From assembly GCA_950097015.1 (NCBI GenBank), contig CATNEN010000033.1:1798001-1862000 (forward strand): a stretch of DNA of 64,000 nt. Reading direction: 5' to 3'. Below, piece by piece: positions 1 through 11,476 of this stretch. Position 1 is the stretch's first letter, and the number at the start of each line of letters is the position of its first letter. Source of the stretch: Macrostomum hystrix. Lineage: Eukaryota > Animalia > Platyhelminthes. The notes under the pieces are model-generated. The model searched no databases and was not told where the DNA came from. It saw nothing but the letters and a program-made list of their open reading frames with translations. The translations under genes were made by a program, and so were the position numbers.

Positions 1-436
1 CCAATCTTTTATAGCGAATCTGTCAATCTTCTGCAGCTCAGCTGTTCTCTAGATGGCGACAGAAGGACTGGGGTGAGACGGTACCTCATCTTGATCGGGC
101 TTTAAATTATCGAATTCCTCAGCTATAGAATGCTGGTCAAAAAGTACAAATTTTATTCAAATTCAATATGATCTTAACAATGTTCACTGCAGACATACTG
201 CATTAGATGAGGCAAGTTGATCGAACTGTCTTAGTTATATATATATTTAGCCCGACACAACCTAATTTATGACAATCAAGAGTAATGTCCAAAACGAACA
301 TCTATCGTTACGTTTTCGTTAAGAACATGGAGGTTCTCAAGCAAGACTGCCTCTGTCGGTGAGGTTTCAACACTTGCTTTATTCTTAAGCTCTAAATCAT
401 AGAACCAGTTTGCCTCGTCTGTTGCTCTGCCTACAG

Positions 437-830
437 ATCGTGCCCAGGTCCATTTAGGCGAGGCGCTGGAGGCGCCTTGTGTTGAGCTCGTCCTCACGTC
501 CAGCCCTGACCTTTGCACCGGCATGGACGAGTTCTGCGACCGGCGGCAAGTCGCTGAACCGGAGCGGCGACCTGGAGACCACGCTGCTGCGCCTGCTGAA
601 GGGCTTCCTGGTCAACGCCAAGCACCAGGCACACGTCTACCTGGACTGGGGCCAGGCACCAGAGTCTGGTGGTCATTGCTGGCCACGCCTCACCGGGCGA
701 CTTCCCGGCTGATGTTCAGCGGCGCCTGCGCAACGAAGGCAAGGAGTGCGTGGAGATGGACCACGACATACCAGGGAGGAATACCAGGGAGAGTGCTGCC
801 ATCTTGTCTGCCACTCTGTTTTATAACAAA
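437..830 (+). pseudogene. GC-rich coding-like relic of unknown identity
   Basis: GC-rich, codon-like stretch after a ctacag acceptor-like site; reads ...LETTLLRLLKGFLVNAKHQAHVYLDWG then, after a frameshift, HQSLVVIAGHASPGDFPADVQRRLRNEGKECVEMD; family not recognised. Confidence 0.25.
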
Positions 831-1242
831 TAATATTCGCCCTTTGCCACTCGTACCCATCCTTTGTCAACTCCACCTCAAAGCGGGTTAGCTAATGAGC
901 AGCGGGTAGACAGGCAGTCAGGCAGGAATCTGCCCTACTGACAATAAGTTATCCAGTTATTTAAGCTGAAAAATGGTTTCATGGCTTTTGGGTTCGGTTT
1001 TTAACAGCATAAACAATCGACCCACCCACGCATAAATGCAATGTATTCAATGTATTTTAATGTATGTTGCAGGTTGTTGACAATTTAAATTGTCCCCATT
1101 TTATTCTTTGCCGCAGCAGCACAATCCTTACTAAAATAATCCTTAGGTTTCTATGAGCCTATTTTTGTTTATGTCCAAAGTTTATCATATTCCTTTTTAA
1201 TGATAGGTTTATATGAAGCACAAATTCAAGTTAATAGTATAT

Positions 1243-1287
1243 TATTACCCAGGCTTTAAGGGCGATAATGTGAAAGCCTGGGTAATA
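1243..1287. repeat. Perfect 15-bp inverted repeat with 15-bp spacer
   Basis: tattacccaggcttt (1243-1257) / aaagcctgggtaata (1273-1287). Confidence 0.9.
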
Positions 1288-2207
1288 CTGTGATTGTACC
1301 ATAGACTATGTGGCTGAGTAACAAGACAAACCATATCAACCATAGACAAAATGATTTAATGATAAACTATACAGTTCAATTATAAGAGAAAGAATAATGA
1401 AGCAAAGAGAAGCTAACAACTAGAGAAGGATCACAGATCCCAGATAATCACAGATAGTCTACATGCCTCTACCGTCGAGCGTGGTCAGTCATCAGCACAA
1501 GCACTCTGCGAAAAGTCATCCAGCGTTCCAACTGCCGTCACAACTATTTGCCAGCCTGATAAATCCGGCCCGACGATCGTCTTGGAGTAGAACGGGGCTA
1601 AATGTTACGTTTATATGTAAGTGCAAAAAGCTCGCTTTGCGAAATTAGACTTTGGCTCTGGACTCTAACTGCTTTGTTTGATGTTTTGCTTATTTTGTTG
1701 AAATACGTTGAAATACACAAAAATAATCCATTATCGGCCCAACTTCTCGGGCCAAAATGACATCGTCTATGGCAATAATCGAATATCAGCCCGCCCGATA
1801 GCCACGTAGTCATGGTACAATGGCCAAGGGCACGAGTGGGTGGGGGTCGGTGGGAGAGCGGTTATCGCGTTTACGTCTCGTACCACGGTCCCTAAGTTCG
1901 ATTCCACGGCGAGGCCACATTTATTTGGGGCGCAGCCGCTTAGAAAAGGCTTGGGGCTTGTCGTACAATTTACGCCCTTGAGGGCCAACCTCCAAGGTAC
2001 AGTTAAATGTACACTGCCTGACGATAAAAAAGTCAGGGCAGATGTACAAACCTGTGTGAGCGTATTCCTGCGTACAGTATCTGTGTGCGTGTGTGCTCAG
2101 GAGTCAGCGAAATGGGCAGAATTGCCTCCTCGCTGGCTGCGGGTCTAATGTCACCGAATGGTGTGCCATTGCCCGCAGCCCTCCTGCAATTATTATTATT
2201 ATTAAGG

Positions 2208-2466
2208 GTGAGTACATCGGTGGAGAGGTACACCTGACAAGGAAGAAAGAGAGAGCATCCTGGCCAAAATGAGCAACCAGCTGACAGAGACTCCCACCGG
2301 TCGTGATCCAGCACTGGATAAAGAGGACAAGACATCAAATGAAATTAAGGGACCAACTGAACAACCCTCAGGTGACTTCTCTGCCCTGCGAATTCCTGCA
2401 CCCTCAAAGAATTTGAGGATACTTGCCAACGGTTCGAGAAACACAATTGAAATAGTTTTCGAGTAA
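2208..2466 (+). pseudogene. YR0: relic of the last exon of a Crypton-type tyrosine recombinase
   Basis: Translates VSTSVERY(T*) then, after a frameshift, EERESILAKMSNQLTE...KNLRILANGSRNTIEIVFE*; colinear with exon 2 of YR1 (VSTSVERYIRRGKKRESKMAQISTCLTE...KTMKIVAHGDTNVVEVHFN*). Confidence 0.75.
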
Positions 2467-2771
2467 GGCGTTACATATCTTAATGAGGCTTTAAAGGTAA
2501 CCCTATTGTGTTGAGCATTGTGTTTCTACTTTTGTTGTGAACTATTCATGAATTTACTATATCCTGTTACACTACCTTATACCAAGCATCGTTTAGACTG
2601 AAATAAATACACAGATTTCCGCTAGAGCTGATTGTTATTGCGCAGGAATGAAACTTTCATTACATATATACGTACATATACGAGCGTTAAACTCTCAAAC
2701 AGTGTGCTCAAACATTGTCGACTGACTATTAAGTTGCATCATAAATTTGAGTGAGTAGACAGAGAGGGGTC

Positions 2772-2817
2772 AAGGGGGCGAAGCCCCCTTGTGGGGGTGT
2801 GGGGGCAGAGCCCCCAC
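2772..2817. other. Tandem pair of GC-rich 8-bp hairpins (GCGAAGC and GCAGAGC cores)
   Basis: aagggggc-gaa-gccccctt and gtgggggc-aga-gcccccac, followed by gtaCTAA. Confidence 0.8.
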
Positions 2818-3344
2818 GTACTAACATTAGGAAGTTTTAACAAAATGCTGCGCTTATCAAAATAATTGACTATGTAAGAGGGCCCCCTCTCTCTGGCATG
2901 AATCTGACCAGAGCTGCAGCAGGCGATCGGATAAGGTCTAGGTAGACAAATTAACTTAATTTTATGGCTGGCTGTGCACGGAAGGGGGGTGTCAGCAGAG
3001 GCGCGGCTAAGGGTAAAAAATATTTTATAGTAGACTCAGCGAGGGCTTGGGGGTGGGTCTAGGTGGGTCTAGGGAACGATCGATAATTGATGGCTGTAAA
3101 ATGTACAGTAAGCGAGACGGCCTGAAGAAGTTCATTAAATTCCACGATAATATACTGTCTACTTTATCTATCGGTCCTCAGTTCTTACCTCACAATCAGT
3201 TCTCTTATCTCGCAATGCCAGTTTTACGAGCGTAAAAGTAGCCCCCGCATCTCTAACTTGGAATTTAAATATACTGCGCATCGTCTTTGAGCTTCTATTT
3301 TTTACCTGTCGCTTCAACTGTCTAATCTTTGTCATCCAAGATAA

Positions 3345-4806
3345 ATGGCTGCCCTCGTGAACCATGATCTTTTGCCGCCACTGATTGACATGCAGTTCGC
3401 AGAAATAGCTGGTATGTCCCGTGACGAGATGCACATCGCTTCTGTAGTGAGCAATCTGGATAGAGAAATGGAAAGATTAGAAATCGAGAGTCCCATTTCG
3501 GATGCGGCTGATAGCAACGGCTTGCAAGAACTGATGGACGCGGACCCGGAGAAGCTGTGCAACTTAGACGAGCTAGAAAGTGTAGCTATACAACTGGAGA
3601 AGGACAACCAGTGCAAGTCCAGCATTGCGAAGGAGACGGCTGCTATCCAGCGCTTCAATGCTTGGCTGCTGGAGAAGAATCTCCAAATGAATTTCAAGAC
3701 GGCACCTGTGCAGGAGATCGCAAAATTCCTTCGCTTTTTCTACGCATCGCTGAAGAAGCCAGATGGAAGCTACTATTCGCCGAACACGCTGGTGGGTCTA
3801 CGCGCCGGGCTGTTTCGTCATTTTATGAAGCTTCGAGGGCTGAATATCATTACTGAGCCTCAATTCCACAATGCTAATTTGACCTTGAAGCACGCCTGCA
3901 GCGCCTTTATTCGTGACGGGGGTCGAATTCAGCACTCTAGTGCTTTAGAAGCTGAAGATCTACGTAGACTCACTGACTACTTTAAGAGGCGAGATCCTAT
4001 TCGGCTTCAGGATGAGGTGTACTTTAATACGCTTTACTACTTTGGGAATCGTGGTCGTGAGTGGATTAGAGGCCTAACCATGGACTCATTCGAAGCAGAA
4101 GACGACAACAAGGAGGCTCTAATGGTGGCAATTCCAGGTTCTTCATGCTGTCCTGTCGAGGCATTCCGACTGTATTGCGCCAAGATTCGCGAGGTTCCCG
4201 GGTGGAATGGTAAAGTTTTTTTTCTGAGACCAAAAGCTGTCATCGGACGGGATGGACTCTGGTACACCAAGCAGCCGGTCGGTGTGAACAGCCTCGGTCC
4301 GATGCTGAAGCGAATTTCGACCAGTGCTGGACTTTCCAAGACTTACACTGCTCATTGTGTCCGTGCGACTGTGGTCACCGAGCTGCACGAAGCCGGTGTT
4401 GCTGTCGAGACAATCGCAAAGGTAACAGGGCACAAGGTAAGTGAAACAAGATAAAATGATTTTATGCATATTCTTTGTAAATGAAAATCATATGCAGCAT
4501 ATGTACATGTACATGCTGCTTCACTATTTCTCTAAAAAATGCTTCTTTTTGCAGGTCAGCACTTCAGTTGAGCGCTACATCCGTCGGGGGAAAAAGAGAG
4601 AGAGCAAAATGGCGCAGATCAGCACCTGCCTGACGGAGTCACTCGCCGGTCACATCGCTGGCTCCTCAAGCACTTCATCTGTGCTATCGGTGGCTGCCGG
4701 AGAAGCTGGTGACACGGAGAAGATTCGAATCCAAGCCGATGGTCCCAAGACCATGAAAATAGTCGCTCACGGGGACACCAATGTAGTTGAGGTTCACTTT
4801 AACTAG
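3345..4806 (+). CDS. YR1: Crypton-type (DUF3504, KCTD1-like) tyrosine recombinase, two exons (3345-4436, 4555-4806), about 447 aa
   Basis: FLRFFYASLKKPDGSYYSPNTL core-binding motif; FGNRGRE (R), HCVRAT (HxxR) and TGHK|VSTSVERY (H...Y) joined by a phase-0 GT-AG intron 4437-4554 (aag/gtaagt ... ttttgcag/g). Confidence 0.85.
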
Positions 4807-5560
4807 CAGGACTGCACCAGTGTTGTTGGATTCATTCTTGCACACAGTAATAGTCACAGATTCTATATTACCTAGATTGGTTACGGTCACACGGTCCGCC
4901 GGTCTATCAGTCATCTAGTTCCCCTGGAGGCCGATGTCGACGCTTGCCGGCTCGGCGAATCGTCCTCCAACCCGGCCGCTGGTTCCCCCACCGGCTCAGT
5001 TGCCTGCCCGCCCGGGAGTCCGGACGCTGACCCAGTTGCCGACCAGCCTCTCCGCTCGTCCACCGGTTCGAACGACAACCTGCTTAACGACCCATCTGCC
5101 GACTCGTCGATTGGACAGTCCGACCGCGACTGCCGGGCCCTCTGTGGTCAAAAAATCCGTGGTGGCATCTTTGATTACTAACGTGATGTTCTCCAGACGT
5201 TCAAAAAAAATTACTAAAATTACTGAAATCCACTAAATGCTTCGAATGTTGCACTTTTATCTGTTATGACGCCCCCGAGATTTTCCGAGATTCACCCCGG
5301 ATTTCATCCTCCATATATTGCACTTCTTTTCTGGTCTTTTAATTTCTCAGTTCAGCCAGCTCTTTAATCCATCTGTGTCATTTTCTTCTTTCGTTATTTA
5401 CTCTGCTATTTGTTTGGTCTTTGGCCCTCGTTGCAGCCCGCTAAAACAGGTCCCGCGCAGCCAAGAGCGGATCTCTCTCTCTTTTTACTCAAAGTCAAAT
5501 ACATAACTTACATATTCTGGTTTAAATTAGTTTATTGTCTAAATCGACACAAGCAATTAG

Positions 5561-5688
5561 TGTAAAAATGGGATACAATGGTAGATTATATAGTATGATA
5601 CGGAGTTAAATAATGGCCATAATAAAGTCTATGGACATTATTTACCGCCGAAACATACTATCTAATTGCATTGTATCCCATTTTTACA
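5561..5688. repeat. About 128-bp imperfect palindrome upstream of YR2
   Basis: tgtaaaaatgggatacaatg / cattgtatcccatttttaca outer arms; inner arms atagtatg/catactat and taaataatggccata/tatggacattattta. Confidence 0.85.
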
Positions 5689-5769
5689 AGCATTACTAGT
5701 AGCCAATCATAAAAAATTATTTAAGTCAAGCAGTGAGTTAAGCAGTGAAAACTTTTGTTGTTGTCATGA

Positions 5770-6640
5770 CAACTTTTGTCATGGCCTACTCTGGAACTTG
5801 CAACTCTGCCTACTAGATCGGTCACTACTTAATGCTACTTAAATTAGGCAACCAGTCGACCATAGACAACCTTCCTGAATTACCTGAACTAACATCTGGT
5901 TTCGGCGACGTTGATTTAGATGCCGTTTAATTGTCGTCTCTTCCTCGAAGCTCAAGAGAACAAATGAGCAAGGCTGGCAAAGCATTTATGAAATTTTTGA
6001 GACGCGATCCATTCAAAGCCCCCAAGAGATGCCAGTGGCAATGCTAAACGAATTTCTGCGCTTTTTCTACTATACACTTAAGAAGACTGATGATAGTTTG
6101 TATGCTCCCTCTAGCTTGGTATGCTGGAGGGCTGGGATCCAAAGGTACTTCAGCATGATCCTAAAGCGTCCGCTTAATATCGTGTCTGGAGAAGACTTCG
6201 TTAGCTCAAATCGGATGTTGCATGTTAAGGTACACTAATTTCATAATGCAGGTGAAACAACTAAGCAGTTTCTATTAATCGAGGAAGCAGATCTGGAATA
6301 AGTCAAGGCATACTTTGATGGAACCACAGCCGAACGCCTACAGGACGAGGACAGGACGCCTACATTATCTATATTCTTGGCGAAAGAGGACAAGAACACC
6401 TTATGCATTTGAAACAGCAGGGAGCATTTTATCGACTCCGACGGAGTCAGGTACGCGGAGTCAACTGGCTGGCGAATTTTATGCGGAGGGTGAGTCGTCT
6501 ATGCAACTTGAGCAAATTGTATAGTAACAACTGCATTTGCGTTACAAGGATAGCTGACGTCCGCGATAATGGTCATTCTTTGAACGATAGTATGACTATT
6601 ACTGGCCAAAAGTCTGACAGGACTGTACGCCGCTAATTGT
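5770..6640 (+). pseudogene. YR2: degenerate Crypton-type tyrosine recombinase
   Basis: FLRFFYYTLKKTDDSLYAPSSL, ERLQDE, LGERGQE, LSKLYSNNCI, ITGQKSDRTVRR*; stops and frameshifts; a TAA lies at the catalytic Tyr position. Confidence 0.85.
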
Positions 6641-7028
6641 CTAAGCAGCGTGAACTGTACTGTACTCTGACAGTATCTGTTGTCTCTGACAGTTGCCTCT
6701 GGCGCCGCCGACCGCGCTCCCGCTCGCCTCGCTGTCCGTCTTCGAGTACGAGTACTCGCACGTATTTGCACGTGTTCCATATCGACAAAGTGGGCTTTGT
6801 CGGTGAGCGTCCGGAATATGCCCATGACAGTCAGCAGGGCTCTTAAGCGGAAGGGCGAAGCGGAGACTGCAATCTCTACATCAACGAGTGTGTCAGCGAT
6901 GCTGTTTGTGCACATTGAACCCAAACCAACTCTGCACCAATAAAAGAATGGTTTAGTATCAATAAATTTGGCAGATCTTACTCGAAATCGGGAAGTTTAT
7001 TTTTGGATAACCTAAAAATAGACAACAG

Positions 7029-7291
7029 AGTACAGTTCGTAGTGCACCCACAATCCTAAAGATATATATATATATATATTGACAAAAATTATTGTCACTG
7101 CCATTGTACATCATTCAAATGAATTCCTTTTTTAAAACAAAAAGCAAATCTTTTGATATATATATATATATCTCTTTAGGATTGTGTCTTATATATATAT
7201 ATATATAAGACGATTCGAGCCGCTTGTCTACCTACAAATAGCCGGCAAGTCCTTATATAATAGTAATGTGCGCGCACTGTGAACTGTACTT
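7029..7291. repeat. Foldback/MITE-like segment with nested inverted repeats and (TA)n tracts
   Basis: agtacagttcgtagtgc / gcactgtgaactgtact outer arms; cacaatcctaaaga / tctttaggattgtg inner arms; perfect palindrome gtctta(ta)n..taagac near 7187-7212. Confidence 0.6.
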
Positions 7292-7413
7292 CTAGCTAAT
7301 AGTATACTATTGACTTAACCGGGATCCAATTTAAACTAATTAAGTACCTATTAATAGAATCAGAATCGATAAATAAAAAAAGTATATGATCATAAGCACA
7401 TGTGCGCGCATAT

Positions 7414-7523
7414 TAATCTACTAGAAGTAATATAGCTTTTTGCAGCCTAGTTAATCCTGCAAGCATTTAATTTAATCATATGTAGGCGCAGCAATGGAAA
7501 GATAGTGCACGGCTTGCAAGTGC
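7414..7523 (+). repeat. 110-bp direct repeat, copy 1 (copy 2 at 11328-11437)
   Basis: taatctactagaagtaatatagc...cacggcttgcaagtgc; two mismatches between copies. Confidence 0.95.
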
Positions 7524-9570
7524 TTGCAAGCTAAAACCCGTACTTCTTAAGCTATTTAACGCAAGCGTAAGACTCGGCCAGACTCCTGCACAGTGGTCAA
7601 ATGCCCTAATCACACCGATTTATAAAAAGGGATCCCGTAGTGACCCCAAAAACTACAGACCCATAAGCGTGCTGCCTGCCCTGGCTCGTCTGTTTGCCTC
7701 ACTTATCTATGAAAAGCTAGAAACTCATATTCGCACCCTCGACTTGCTTTCAGCCAGTCAAATAGGAAATAAAAAGGGCTACCGAACTTCAGACCACATT
7801 GCCACTCTCTTGTCGTTGATCCACAACAAAAGGCGTCGCAAAAGACCATTTCACTTAGTATTCTTTTACTTAAAAAGCGCATTTGACATGGTCCACCATC
7901 CAACACTTTTCCAACGACTTAGGGAGTTAAAGGTCAGCCCAGAAATAATCGAAGCAATACAAAGCACGTACTCAGGAGCTAAATTTCAACTGAAGATCTC
8001 AGATGGCCAAGCAACTAAGGCAAGGAGCATAACAAATGGAGTAAGACAAGGCTGTGCCCCATCCCCTCTACTTTTCTCACTCTATATAGATCCTTTGAGC
8101 ACAATGCTAAGGGATTCATTTCGCAGCGACACCTTCATTAAAGATGAACAAATCAACAACTTGCTATACTGCGATGATTTAGTGATCTTTGGAGAGAATC
8201 CTCGAGGGCCTCGATAAAGTGTCTGAATTTTGTCAGAGCCACAAGCTAGAAATCAATATGCAAAAAACTAAGGTTATTAGCTGCTGCCCTGACCCATCAA
8301 AGACGGCTAACAAACTATTTCTGCAGGGACAACTGTTAGATAAAGTCAAAGAATGGAAATATCTAGGCTTTCACATCAATGCTAAAGGAACCGTGGATTC
8401 CCATGCCACAGAGATTTAAAAAAATGTGGATACCCTATTCTTCTCTTAAGGAAATTAGCTAGCCATGGGGCGGTCAGATACAATCAGCTCATGCTGTACT
8501 GCACAGCAATGATAGAAAGCATAGCTCTGTACGCCTCCGAGGCCTGGGGGGCTTTTGTCTCGTGGAACCTGGGTCCTTGGGACCGCTGTCTTGTGGAAAG
8601 GGTATACATCAGGTGCTGTAAAGCCATACTACAAGTCAGCCAAAATACGGATGGCAACGGGGCCCGCTCGGAGTTAGGCAGATTGCCTTTATTATACAAC
8701 ATCCAGAAAAGAAGCATTTCGTACTGGGCCTCCATAACAAGCCGGCCGGACTCCATAATTTTCAAGTTATTGGCGGAGCAAACATACAGTGATGTTGGAA
8801 TCAAAACAAAGATCAACAATGACGTTATGCTGAACTGCAGAGGCATTAGTCCCGCAAAAGCAATTAAAAACCACAGGAAAAATTTCGTTTCTCAGTTTGA
8901 TACCCATTGGAGACAAAGGACACAGAACTCAAGCAAGCTAAGACACTTCTATTACTCCTTCAAGCAATATTATTCAGCCGAAAAATATTTACAGCAAATA
9001 TACAACCCGGAGTTGAGACGTACCATATCCTCGTTTAGACTAGGAAACCATAAGCTAGCTTGCGAAACATTGCGAACTGCAAGACCGAAAATTCCGAATG
9101 AGAACAGATTATGTAGTAAGTGCAAAACAGAAGTTGAAAACGAGGTCCACTTCCTTTTTAAGTGCAGTTGGAATATGTATAGCGCAGCACGTTCGAATTT
9201 TGAGACGGAAATTTCTGGGAAAACTCCCAATTTCATATCCTTAACAGCAGAAGAGAAATCTAACTACATAATGGCTCAAGACGATAGGGAAACCATTGAA
9301 GCTTTAGCAAAATACATCATAGATATCTCTAAAATAAGGGAACAGCTGCCCTGAGACTACAAGCTCGTATTAACATTTAACAATACATATATTGTTTTAT
9401 TCGTGGCGTCCCTTGTGTTTTTACTGCTCTTATTTTTAATACCTTTGCTTTTGCTTTTCCCTTCCCAGCTCGATAGTGGAATCCTACAAAACTTTGCTTT
9501 TTATGTTAGGTTTTTCGTTGTCCATTAAAATATTTTTTTACAAAAAATATATAAAGGAAAAAAAATCAGC
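7524..9570 (+). mobile_element. 5'-truncated non-LTR retrotransposon (RT plus C-terminal CCHC; L2/Crack/Daphne-like tail)
   Basis: KNYRPISVL, GVRQGCAPSPLLF, LLYCDDLV, WKYLGF; tail FRLGNHKLACE..RLCSKC..ENEVHFLFKC; frameshifts near 8200 and 8420; A-rich 3' end near 9540-9565. Confidence 0.9.
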
Positions 9571-9598
9571 ACCTATAGATGGCGTGCGCGTTTTAATA

Positions 9599-11327
9599 TA
9601 GCATTTTGCGTCCGACTTAAGTTTATGGGCATTTCGCTTGAATTCCACACTCAAGGGCAACTGCTTTCCCAGTCTATGGCTCAAACGGGTGGCTGGCAGG
9701 CGATTGACTTAATCTTCGGGGCATGAACTTAGTCCATTTTTGCTCTCTAGTAGACCGAAAGCTGCGCTTCGCGCTCTAGCCTAAAGAGCAAAGGCAACAG
9801 TATGAGCTCGGAAGATGAAGGCAGCAACGCAAGCTATGAAACTGCCCCTGATGAGCAGGGTGACGGCCCACAACCTCGGACGTGGTCAATGATGAGCGAT
9901 GAGAAGCACAGCCTTGTCGTAGACGCACTGGACAGAGGTGAGCGGCCGGTCGATATCGCGCGATGGATGAAGGTTAACGTCAAGACAGTCATGTCAATTA
10001 AAAGGCGGTACGAAGTCCCTGGACGTCGCAATCGTCTCCCTCATGGCGGTGGCAGAGAACCGAAGCTCGGAGCGGTCCATGTTCAGTACCTGGTGGACAA
10101 AATAGTCGAAAATCCACTTCTGACACTGGCGGAGATGAGGAACCAGCTGCAGGAGCGATTTAATCTACAAGTAAGTGAATCCACCATCAGTAGGGCGCTG
10201 GACAAGCAGCTGATCACGCTGAAAAGTCTGGGGCGAGAAGCCGATGTTCCGGCAGCGCGCAACTCGCCAGAGAACGTGGCTCGGAAGCAAGAATTTGCTC
10301 ACTGGTTGATCGGCATTCCTCCCGAGCAGCGCTTGCTATTCGTCGATGAGACGGGTTTCAACATGTGGACACGCCGATCCCAAGGACGCAGTAGACGAGG
10401 CCAGCGAGTTCGGCGCGTGGTTGTTACACAGCGCGGAGCTCAACTGAAAATCGTGCAGGCCATCTCCCCAAGCCTTGGCCTCGTGTATCACAAGATGGTT
10501 TCCGAGACGATGACGGCGGCCAGGTTTCAGACGTTCGTCGAGGAGCTGATGCATGCTGTCAATAATCGCGATGATGTGGGCGACGCTGAACGGTTTTGCA
10601 TTGTGATGGACGGCGCTCGATTTCACAACGGAGTCACACTGCCGGAGCAGTTTGGAGCCAACTGGAGCCTTAAGGTCCTGCCGCCATATTCGCCGTTTCT
10701 GAACCCCGTCGAGGAGGCGCACTCATGCGTGAAGGCGTCAAGCGCGCACTGGCGCAGCATGAGGTGCAGCGTGAGCTGGACAGCCCGCCCCCACAGACGC
10801 CGCTGTACCAGTGGCGAATTCTGGTCATGCAAAGGATTGCTGAGGAGGCGACAGTGGAGGTCACGGCTGCGAAGTGCGGCGGATGGTACCGTCACTCACT
10901 GCGCCACCTTCCAGCCTGCATTGCCGGCCAGCCTATTTTGTGACCTTCAGTCGCTGAGTTGGATGAAGTTTTCCCGCTTGTATTTAAATTTTGTTAATTA
11001 TTGCCGCCTGTGTTCCCGTTGCTGAACCTTTCTTGCCTACGTTCCCGATTCTTTTCTCGTTTGCATTCATTTTTGGTAAGCCTCGTGGCATCACATCAAT
11101 AAATCACTTGGTCCTTGTCGCAACGCTGCCCACTAGGGCCTGCTTAAAAGCTTTCGGTCTACTAGAGAGCAAAAATGGACTAAGTTCATGCCCCGAAGAT
11201 TAAGTCAATCGCCTGCCAGCCACCCGTTTGAGCCATAGACTGGGAAAGCAGTTGCCCTTGAGTGTGGAATTCTGCCACTGTGGATCAAGTGAAATGCCCA
11301 TAAACATAAGTCGGACGCAAAATGATA
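9599..11327 (+). mobile_element. IS630/Tc1/mariner-superfamily DNA transposon with long TIRs and TA target duplication
   Basis: TIRs 9599-9763 and 11149-11327 (right copy carries a ~13-bp insert), TA on both flanks; transposase 9802-~10945 with HTH, FVDETGF, VMDGARFH, PPYSPFLNPVEE; frameshift near 10740. Confidence 0.9.
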
Positions 11328-11437
11328 TAATCTACTAGAAGTAATATAGCATTTTGCAGCCTAGTTAATCCTGCAAGCATTTAATTTAATCATAAGTAGG
11401 CGCAGCAATGGAAAGATAGTGCACGGCTTGCAAGTGC
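11328..11437 (+). repeat. 110-bp direct repeat, copy 2
   Basis: Near-identical to 7414-7523. Confidence 0.95.
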
Positions 11438-11476
11438 AACAACGCCTAGGACCACGAGTGCGCGTAGCGCACGAGT

